Assembly (NCBI GenBank): GCA_030167865.1
Contig: JALAGF010000397.1
Span: forward strand, 1 to 34,945
Source: Craspedostauros australis
Taxonomy: Eukaryota
Reading direction: 5' to 3'
Length of the DNA stretch: 34,945 nt
A program made the translations under genes and the position numbers. Below, one piece after another: positions 11,783 through 20,519 of this stretch (positions are counted from its first letter, which is position 1; every line of letters begins with the position of its first letter). The notes under the pieces were generated by a model, which saw only the letters and a program-made list of their open reading frames with translations, ran no database searches and was not told the DNA's origin.

Positions 11783-12595
11783 ATGGGATTCATTCTGATC
11801 GACTTCAAGAAGCGCAAGGAGCACGACGAGCTCCGCACCATGGTGCCCACGCTCGTCAAGAAGCTCGACAACTGGATCAACGTGTACCCGAACGACGGCA
11901 CGCCACCGACCGAACCCGAGTGCAGCGACCTCGAGGACGAGAAGATCAACGAGCTGCTCGCGGAGTTCGACGAGAAGGCCGGCAGCCTGGGACGCGTCAA
12001 GGACGAGGTCCCGGACCGCCGCCATCTCCTGGCCCATAATCTCAACTCCCGCAAGGGATACCTCTTCTACAAGTTCTCCGACACCGTCGACGCTCTGCAG
12101 GATCAGGCGGCCAAGACCATGACGGTATGTCTCGAGACGCTCAACCAGAGCGTCAAGGAGCTCAACTCCATCATCCCCACCAAGGACGACGCCATCACGT
12201 GGGAGTTCGAGCAGGTCGTCAAGCGCTGCGAGGAGTACGTCACCGCCACCTACCCCGAGGGCGTCACGGGCCTCGATGCCTACGACGACGTCCTGCCGGA
12301 GGGCATCCCGTCCTACGCGGACTTCCTCACGCTCGTCAAGGAGAAGGAGGAGTCCTTCCTGCAGGCCAACAAGGACTCCGTGCAGCCCGCGATCGATGAT
12401 GTCAAGGCCAAGTCGAAGGCGACCTTCCGCGGCATCATCAACAAGGCCATCGAGAATGCGACGGCCGAGATGGTGGCCGATCTCTCCGACGACACCCTCC
12501 CCTACCTGGGTGAGGCGGAAATGGAGGAATTGCGCGCCGAGCTCATCGCGGGTGCCAAGGAGTATGCCGAATCTCGTTTGGACAAAGAGGAGTGA
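11783..12595 (+). CDS. Hypothetical acidic, predicted alpha-helical protein (270 aa)
   Basis: Intronless ATG-TGA ORF; most codons end in C/G; A/C-rich leader; long antisense shadow ORF. No recognisable catalytic motif. Confidence 0.85.
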   Translation: MGFILIDFKKRKEHDELRTMVPTLVKKLDNWINVYPNDGTPPTEPECSDLEDEKINELLAEFDEKAGSLGRVKDEVPDRRHLLAHNLNSRKGYLFYKFSDTVDALQDQAAKTMTVCLETLNQSVKELNSIIPTKDDAITWEFEQVVKRCEEYVTATYPEGVTGLDAYDDVLPEGIPSYADFLTLVKEKEESFLQANKDSVQPAIDDVKAKSKATFRGIINKAIENATAEMVADLSDDTLPYLGEAEMEELRAELIAGAKEYAESRLDKEE

Positions 12596-13312
12596 TGTTA
12601 GAGCTGCCTGCTCGTACGAGTACAACTATCGTGCGGTATGGTACGATCTATTCTACAATCTATTGATCTCCAGGCACACAATGGGTGCATCGCAGGGGTC
12701 AACGAATAATGCGCATGACCCGTAGAGGACCAGTAATTATGATGAGGAAAGATACATGTACCAATGCGCTGTTTCATCATCAGATACGCGCGTACTCCGC
12801 TGTTTCTGCATTGTGCCACATGCCTCCTTGAATTTCTTTCGTACATGGTACTGTGATCGTAGGATCGCAACACCATCTCTACGGGTCTTGCTATCAATGT
12901 ACCAATATCATATTATTATATTTTAGTACCGTTGATGCTGGCGACAGACACCATGCTTGTACGTAGGTCGTACGGCTTTGATTCATCCGTCATGCTCAAT
13001 TCACGATCAAAGACGAAATCTGGAGTATGACATTAACACTCTACAAGCTACAGTGATTATGGATACAATGCAAGTTCTGCATGAAGGAATGAATCGGATG
13101 CGCCAGGATGCAGGTATCCGCCGCACCCAAGATGGTGCAGTGTCGTATACTCTAAGATCGTATTACCACGCAGCGAATGGCCTCGACAGACATTACGTCA
13201 AGGACACGTTGGTATGGTGTGAGCGGACTTGAAGTTGCCAAGGTCGTCATCATCGCATTGTCGTGGTTGTCTACACACATCTTGAAGGATCGAGATCCAA
13301 GTTCGGATTTGA

Positions 13313-14107
13313 CTAGGCGCCGGTTCGGGCGGAACGCAGCAGGTCCATCTTGGCCTGCACGTCCATGACCGGCAGATTCTTTTCGGGCGTCGATCGCATG
13401 ACCGTGAAGATGCCAAAGAGGACGACGCACGCGATGACTCCCAGCAGCACACCATAGTTCTTGAGGAACTTGCCGCTGCGGTAGTTCTTGACGGCGGTGG
13501 GATCGCCGCTGACCCAAGGATCGTACTGCCCGTAGTTGTCGTTCATGCAGTTGCGGTTGACGCTGCCCAGGTCGTACCCTTCATCTGCGTAGGACGAGAA
13601 CGCCATCGTGATGGCGGGGACGAAATCGCTGTCGGTGCCGTCGCTGGGGGTGTCCAGCGTCTTGGTGACCTTGAAGCAGTAGTTGCCGGCGTACGTGCAG
13701 GTGGCGTCGCCCACCAACCCGTTGCACACCTGTCCGGAGAGGATGCTGTACAGGAGCTCGTCGTAGCTGCTGGATCCGGAGTACACGCCCAAGGTCAGGT
13801 ACATCTCACCCAGCGTCTCCGACAGGTCCTCCGTCACCTCGAAGCACACTGCGATGGTGGCCTTGTCGCCGTAGTTGCAGTACGGGCTGCTGCGGTACGC
13901 ATTGCTTCCGTAGTAGTACGTGTTGGGGCTGTCACAAAGGATGGAGACGCTCGTTGCTTGCACCAACGACCCGTCGCAGTTCTTGAAGTAGACGGAGTCA
14001 CTACCATCATCCGTCCCATCGTCATTGTTGCCCTGATCGGCCGCGATGGCTGCGAACGACAACAACGTCAACGTCAGCAGCAATTGCACTTTGCGAAGGA
14101 TCTCCAT
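13313..14107 (-). CDS. Type-I membrane protein (264 aa): signal peptide, Cys/Tyr-rich ectodomain, one TM helix, short cytosolic tail
   Basis: Signal MEILRKVQLLLTLTLLSFAAIAA; 8 Cys in the ectodomain (e.g. CDSPNTYYYGSNAYRSSPYC); TM YGVLLGVIACVVLFGIFTVM; strong GC3 bias. Confidence 0.88.
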   Translation of the reverse strand: MEILRKVQLLLTLTLLSFAAIAADQGNNDDGTDDGSDSVYFKNCDGSLVQATSVSILCDSPNTYYYGSNAYRSSPYCNYGDKATIAVCFEVTEDLSETLGEMYLTLGVYSGSSSYDELLYSILSGQVCNGLVGDATCTYAGNYCFKVTKTLDTPSDGTDSDFVPAITMAFSSYADEGYDLGSVNRNCMNDNYGQYDPWVSGDPTAVKNYRSGKFLKNYGVLLGVIACVVLFGIFTVMRSTPEKNLPVMDVQAKMDLLRSARTGA

Positions 14108-14186
14108 TGTCGCCGATACTTTCGCTTGTCAGCTATCTACTTGCCAGGTCTCTCTTATCTCTCTTTGCTTTGGCGACGTTGCGTCG

Positions 14187-14210
14187 TTGAGTTGAGTTGA
14201 GTTGAGTTGA
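14187..14210. repeat. (GTTGA)n pentanucleotide microsatellite upstream of the membrane-protein gene
   Basis: gttgagttgagttgagttgagttga. Confidence 0.85.
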
Positions 14211-15354
14211 TGCGACGTGATGTGATGTGACAACACGCTCGTCGAGACCAGTGGAATAGAGATTGCAACGATGAGACTTCGCCAAGGAAGAACAGTTGTT
14301 GCTGGTAATGCTGTTGTTGCTGATGCTCGGTTGTTGCTGATGCTCGGTTGTTGATGATGATAGTGATGGAGCTGCTCTGTAAGAATCTCGACTTGAGTTG
14401 TAGATCGGCGACACTAACAGCGCTCGTGTTGATGTTCGCGTTGGACGGTGGGAGAAGAACTGGCGATGTTTGCGTTCTGTGGGGTGAGGAGCCAAACCGT
14501 GGATGCGATCCATCCTGGACCCTCGCCAAGCTACGCAAGAATGTGCTTCATTGTTCGGCGATCAATACAAACCCTCAACTATTGATAATATTGAATACAT
14601 TATGTCATACACATCAAAATGATACATGTGACGGTTAACAAGCGTTATAAAACAGTTATAATGGAGAGTTCTTCGGAGAAATACATTCGAAATGAGCCCG
14701 CAGGGAAAGGAGATGCAAAACAACGAAACGGCGTCACAAGTCGCGCTTTCCTCCACAACAGCCTGCATCTCTCAGAATCGTTGTCGTTGGTACCGTCATG
14801 GACAACACCTCATGGGACAAGCTGAGTCTGGTTCCATCCAGGCGGAGTAAGATACCCCGGTCTTTCACAAGAACATGAATTGTCGCTCTTTCTTGTGCCG
14901 TCGAGATCGCATGCATCTACGCAACGATCAGGTCCCGCCCTTGGTCAACATAGGACGCAACTGGGTTTGCCATCCAGAATGCCCGATCCTCACTCCGTGC
15001 CACTTGTTTGTGTTGGTCGTACTAATACAAGAGAGTATGTAGAACACATCAGGAGCGCAATTGAGCACCATCTCGGAAACCTCGTGGAAAGTAAATCTTC
15101 TCTCCGCAGGGACCTGATGTGGACGATTCGTCATCCCATTCCTGTTCTTGGCGTACCTATCAAACCAGAACGACGCGAGTACGGTAGCATCAACTTGTCT
15201 CTCTCCCTTCCCCACAAGAGCACAAAGAACCCGCAACCAAACGGAAAAAAGCGACTCCCAACCCAATGCAAAGCAATGCAATGCGGTGCAGCGCAATCTG
15301 GCAAACAAAGTAGAGAGACGCAGAGACTGAGGACGAACAAGGATTGACGTTGGT

Positions 15355-15400
15355 GGAGTGAGTCAGCGGAGCGAGTCGGCGGAGTGAGTCAGCGGAGCGA
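15355..15400. repeat. 13-bp tandem repeat GGAGYGAGTCRGC x3.5
   Basis: ggagtgagtcagc ggagcgagtcggc ggagtgagtcagc ggagcga. Confidence 0.85.
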
Positions 15401-17209
15401 CAAGAAATGCCCGAAAAAGTGGACCAGCCCAGCCTGTGAAGAACCCAAAAACCAGCGATGCCGCCGATCACTGGGGACGGAACACGATTGTGGATGCGAC
15501 AACAGGATGTGTCCAAGACGTGGCGAAGAGGCTGCACGCAAGCAGGCATATCTTTGTTCTGTACCTCTTCCCACAAACCGTTGAAGCGAGAACAGGTGAC
15601 CCACCATCCCGCTGGACTGTGATGGTTGCGCGTCGCCATTCTTTGCTCCTGCGTATACTTTGTAGAGAACAGGAAGTAGTCTCGCTGGTGGTGTGGTGGG
15701 ATCCCATCAAGCCAGAGACATTCCAAGAAAGCACAGCAGAATACTCTAAGCGTGCGCCTGAGTATTCTGCTACTCTCGAGTTGTTCTCAATCGCATTCTA
15801 TTAATACACCTTTGTTGTTGCCGTTCGCAATGCTCAACCATAGTGGGCAATGGAAAGCATGCTGCTTGGACAGAGTAGTATTACAATAGTGAGACACGAA
15901 TATTAGGTAGTGTGGAGTACCAGGAACCATCATACTACGACACTCGATTAACACCTCCCCGGAACATCTCCGAGATGGCAGCCTGCATCATCATCCACAC
16001 CTCGATCAAAGCGCTTTGTGGACAAGATCCTCTCTCGTGAATATCCTGTGAAAGCACGCGAGACAGAGAAGAGCAAACGAAGCCAAGCCTAGCCTTGTTG
16101 AAATCGCCCTTGGCGCGGTTCTAGAATCACGTATCACGTTATCGCATTTCGCATTTCGCCAAAGCAGAAAAACGTTGCTCGACTACGAGCTCCTGCGATT
16201 GGGTCGATGGTTTCACAGGACGAGGTGAAGCAGAGCTGACTCTATCGTGGCACCATGACACCGCTCAGGCAGGCAAGTTCGGCATGCTTTGCTCTAGCCC
16301 TCTATTTCCTCTGATCCGTCCTCCGTACTCTGACCTGGTCTTGTGCACGATCACACACTACTATACATGTGGACCACTCGGCATGCCTTCACTTGTGTTG
16401 CTGCATAGTCGTATGCATACTCCTGCTCTTCCTCCCGTTCCTGCGGACAAACAATGCTCTCTGAAGAGAGAGGGTAGTGCTTTCGTGATCGGAGTGTATC
16501 CATCGGGCGATGTGAACCGGTCCCACGTCCGCACGCATCGAGGAAGCTGCGAACAATTCCAACCCGACATCCAGGTCTCGCAACTGGTGTATCTCCCCAA
16601 AGCCACCACACGTCGTCGTCCATCCGTTTCCCCTTTCCAAACCATCATTGACGCTATTTTCTGCGGCGAACTATTGGTGACGTGGGATTGGAGGTGGAGA
16701 GCAGACACGTCAGGACCATGATCACTACGGAGCAACTCTTGTTGAGGCTTGTCCAAGCTTGATTAACGCAGAGAACAATCATGCATTCTGAATGTATGCT
16801 TCACCGATTGCGCCTGTTAATTGATTGGTTGCGCAGAAGTCTCCGTGATTCAAGACTATCTACGATCACGCACCAACATCCTCCTGTTTGTGTGAGGTGA
16901 GGATTGAGGCCTCCTTCGCATTTCTGCCAAGGTGAGATGACTTTCGTTGCCGCATCAGCTGTTCCGCACTGATTGTTTTTTGCTCCGCATTCCGCGAGAC
17001 GTCTTTCTTCACCAATGAGGAGGAAAGCGCGACACAACACGACACAACACGACACAACACAAACGGCACGACACTGAAGCAACACACACACAATTTCCAA
17101 TCCAGCAATTCACAAAAGCACACAAAAACACAAAACAAATCAACACATCTATTCGCATCAATACTCACTCCATCATAAAAAAAAACGCTCACCAACCAAT
17201 CTCAACAAC

Positions 17210-17824
17210 ATGTCCACTACCACCAAGAACAACATGAAGAAGTCTGTCCGCTTCGCAGCTAGCAACGAGGTTTGCGCAACCATCTCTCTCAGCGAATTGA
17301 CGCAGAGGGAGATCGATGCGGCATGGTACAACGAAGACGACTACTGCACCTTTTCTCGCAAGTGCGAGAAGATCATGCGGCTCATGGAACGGGGCGAGTC
17401 CAAGCAGTATTGCACAAGAGGTCTCGAGAGATTGGTCGGCGATCGCAGGACGCTGCTGAGCCTCAACCGCGAACTCGCATACGACATGGTGCTCAACGAG
17501 CAGGACGCCCAGATGCACGAAGGGACACACAACCCACAGCACATCGCAGACGCCTACGCCAACGTGTCGACGCCGTGCCATCGCCGTGCGCATCGCACCG
17601 CCCTCCTCGATGAGCACATCATCCGGCCGTACCTGTCCAAGGAACGCGCCACGATGCAGCCATTCCTCCAAAACAACGCCGCTGCTCCCGATCAGCCAAA
17701 GCAGCAGCAGCAGCAGCAGCAGAAGCAACAGCAGCCAAAGCAGCAGCAACGTCAATTGACGCAATCATCGACCACCCTCCCAAGGTGTATCCAGAGAGGC
17801 GAGACGGTGGCTCGTTGCGCATAA
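17210..17824 (+). CDS. Hypothetical protein (204 aa) of the diatom-type 'KxVRF...WY..DY...C.RGLE' family with a polyQ tail
   Basis: Long CA-rich leader; motifs KKSVRF, AAWYNEDDY, YCTRGLE and VLNEQ; CAG-repeat polyQ at about 17701-17750; GC3 bias. Confidence 0.85.
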   Translation: MSTTTKNNMKKSVRFAASNEVCATISLSELTQREIDAAWYNEDDYCTFSRKCEKIMRLMERGESKQYCTRGLERLVGDRRTLLSLNRELAYDMVLNEQDAQMHEGTHNPQHIADAYANVSTPCHRRAHRTALLDEHIIRPYLSKERATMQPFLQNNAAAPDQPKQQQQQQQKQQQPKQQQRQLTQSSTTLPRCIQRGETVARCA

Positions 17825-18021
17825 AGTGCTCGGAGACACGCTTCATGCTACTCTATATCTATTCCGAATGTAACCCGATGTTCGGCTGGACACAGGTCGC
17901 ACACCCATAGACTCCGTACCTACATAAAGCTATACACTAGAGACACACTGTTCAAATCACAGGCACCTGCATTTCGTACTGCATTCTGACAATCTTGTAC
18001 AACTCTCTGCGACTTCTCGTG

Positions 18022-18045
18022 GAGAGAGAGAGAGAGAGAGAGAGA
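18022..18045. repeat. (GA)n microsatellite
   Basis: Read directly. Confidence 0.9.
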
Positions 18046-18771
18046 CCAGAGAGTGCAGATGACAGTAGCTTGAAGTATGGTGCGCTGCTACTTCGACCCC
18101 CAGAGGATTCCCGCACTGCAGAACAGATAGGGAACGATGACCTCCAACCCCATGTTCCACTCGTATCTTGTGAGTATGCGTTGTCGGCAAGAACGGCAAC
18201 GGCGGCAGCAATAGCAACAGGAATGTCATGCTCGGAACGACGACAAGCCACGGCCGTCTCTGCCTGAACAGCGATCGCGAAGGGCCAAAGCACAAAATGA
18301 TGTCACCATTGACTCAATGGACTATTGGATTGGAAGCTCATTACCCAATCAGAGGAAATGAGAACATGCCTCAGCGCGGGTCTTTTCGAAAAAGCGTGTG
18401 ACAGCGCGAACATCAACGTTGACACCATCGTGGACGCCTCGAAGGTTGTGGATCATGGAGATGGAGATGGTGAAGATGACAATGATGACACGGAGGCGAA
18501 GGCGGCCGTTCCGTTTGCCACAAACAGACCACAGCGTGTTGTGGTTTGGACCACTCCAGCAGCATCAACCAAACTTACTTGCGATACGAAGATAAAGACA
18601 AGGACAAGCATAAGCATTCCATTCCATTCCATTCGCCCACAAGCTCAAACGGAGACACTTTCATGGAGTACACACCCTGCTCTCCACGCATTGCTCCATA
18701 CGTACATTGCTCCAAGACAGGAAGTCGCCTGCGTCCGTAGCTGCGGTTGCGACCGTAAATGCGATAGAGAG

Positions 18772-20360
18772 ATGTTTTGCAGAATTTTGACGGCGTCGAT
18801 GTCACGAAGAATGGGCTGCGTACGAGTACGACCGTTGCGGCTGGGCAAGGACATTGCGAGCCAAAGAAGATGGATGCATGCGTTGGGAGGATCTAGATCG
18901 CCGATGGCACTCTTGGCTCAGCCGCTGCATGCACCGTCCACGTATGATCAGGGAAGAAGATCAGTTGATCTGCATCGATCTCAGCGATCCAATCTGTACT
19001 CATACTCGTATTCAAGCGGCGTGATATTAGCCAAAACGAAGGATCCAAAGGATGACAATGAGAACTTACACAGCTCGATGCAATCAGAGATCCGTCTCCA
19101 GCACACACAGCATGATGGACAGCAAATACAGAAAATAGATGAGAGAACAAGCGCTGATTCGACGGCTGCTGATGGTGATGGTGAAACATTGGCATCAAGC
19201 GACGAGGTGGCGGAAAACACCACATCCACATTATGGGATCAGCTGCGATCTCCTCCGAACATTATCACGCTCACCCGCATGGCCACCACTCCGCTCCTGG
19301 CCATGTGGGTCATCAACGAGCAACATAGCTTGGCATTGATGGGGTGTCTCGTGGCTGGTGCTTCCGACTACCTCGATGGATACCTTGCGAAGAACCACGG
19401 CATGTCCACTGTCCTGGGATCTTACCTCGATCCCATGGCCGATAAGGTCGTCATCAATGCTTTGGCTATCAGCCTTTGGCACATCGGAACGCTACCCACG
19501 GCTTTGGTGGGGCTGTGGGCCATCAAGGACTTCACCTTGCTGAGCTTCGGCGCGATATATCTCCGCAAGGCGACCGGAAGCATGAACATTTTCCGCAACG
19601 CCACGCTGTCGGAGCCTCTCACCGTGCAACCGAACACAATCGCGAAGATCAACACAGCCTTGCAATTCGCGACGTTGGGAATGGGGATTCTGGAACCGAC
19701 GCTTCTGGGTGGACCGTGGATGATACAGTTCAATCCCGACGCGAATTATTCGGCATTGGAGTGTCTTTGGTACGCAGATTCGTGCGCTTCATCGCCGGCA
19801 TTGGCAGCCAAAGTGGCACGGCCATATCAGCTTGAGTTGTGTGACCTTGACGCACACTGTTGAAGCCAACTGTTGAAGCCAACTGTTGAAGCCAACTGTT
19901 GAAGCAAACTGTTGACGCTCATTGTTGAAGCACACTGTTGAAGCACACTGTTGACGCACACTGGTGACGCACACTGGTGACGCACACTGGTGAAGTTCGT
20001 AAATGGTGTGCAATATCATGCGAATATCAACAGCTACAATTGATCTCACACTCGGCACTTCCCGTTTCACATCCCGATCAATTCTGACGACATGCGACTT
20101 GTTCACTCGGCTCTATTCTCTTCGTATCTCACTCCCTTCCTCACCTGATCCCGTTTCAATCAATCATGCATCCTGATGCAATCATCAGCTGGATGACTGG
20201 AGGCACGAGTGTCGCGACGATCGTTTCGTACATTGGAAGCGCTGGTTTCAGCGAAGTGGCAACGCCGAATTCATTCTCGGCATCCGATGATGGCGATTCG
20301 AAGAAGACGATCACGCCACGCAGCAATACAAGCAAGGGTGTCGATGTGCATCAGAAATAG
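18772..20360 (+). CDS. CRLS1: CDP-alcohol phosphatidyltransferase, most likely mitochondrial cardiolipin synthase (CMP-forming); 2 exons: 18772-19769 and 20189-20360 (~389 aa)
   Basis: PNIITLTR and the signature SDYLDGYLAKNHGMSTVLGSYLDPMADK, then AKINTALQ. The Arg-rich N-terminus from ATG 18772 (MFCRILTASMSRRMGCVRVRPLRLGK) looks like a mitochondrial presequence. Intron 19770-20188 (TG|GTACGC...TCAG|C) restores the last TM segment (CLCWMTGGTSVATIVSYIG). PGP synthase is not excluded. Confidence 0.82.
19847..19995. repeat. Intronic 13-bp minisatellite, ~11.5 units, consensus KTGAMGCMMACTG
   Basis: Contiguous units: ttgacgcacactg, ttgaagccaactg x3, ttgaagcaaactg, ttgacgctcattg, ttgaagcacactg x2, ttgacgcacactg, gtgacgcacactg x2, gtgaag. 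Confidence 0.95.
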
Positions 20361-20388
20361 AATGAGAAGAAGACCCAAGTGCACTCCG

Positions 20389-20406
20389 TCTCTCGGGATA
20401 ATTCAT
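20389..20406 (+). repeat. Target-site duplication, left copy (TCTCTCGGGATAATTCAT)
   Basis: Identical 18-mer at 28828-28845. Confidence 0.95.
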
Positions 20407-20519
20407 ATATATATATCACAAGGATTATAACAGTTAAGTCATGCGCCGGGGGCGCTTTGATTCCGCCTCGTTTATTCTACGTGTAGTCACGCAGCGGGAA
20501 CGGACGCAACAGTTGAGTT

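Noticed and set aside
11281-12725. Long antisense and alternate-frame ORFs (11281-12054, 11726-12625, 12276-12725)
   Set aside because: Shadow ORFs caused by the high GC3 of the real 11783-12595 gene.
14500-17100. Assorted short ORFs between the membrane-protein gene and the 17210 gene
   Set aside because: No motifs or codon bias; treated as intergenic/regulatory.
18325-18771. N-terminal 149 codons of the 512-aa ORF, and its tail to 19863
   Set aside because: It starts at TTG and includes simple-repeat-like sequence. ATG 18772 gives a plausible mitochondrial presequence, and the tail after 19769 is intron read-through.
19847-19995. Possible CRISPR-like array
   Set aside because: Units are 13 bp and contiguous with no unique spacers, no cas genes are present, and the array sits in a spliceosomal intron.
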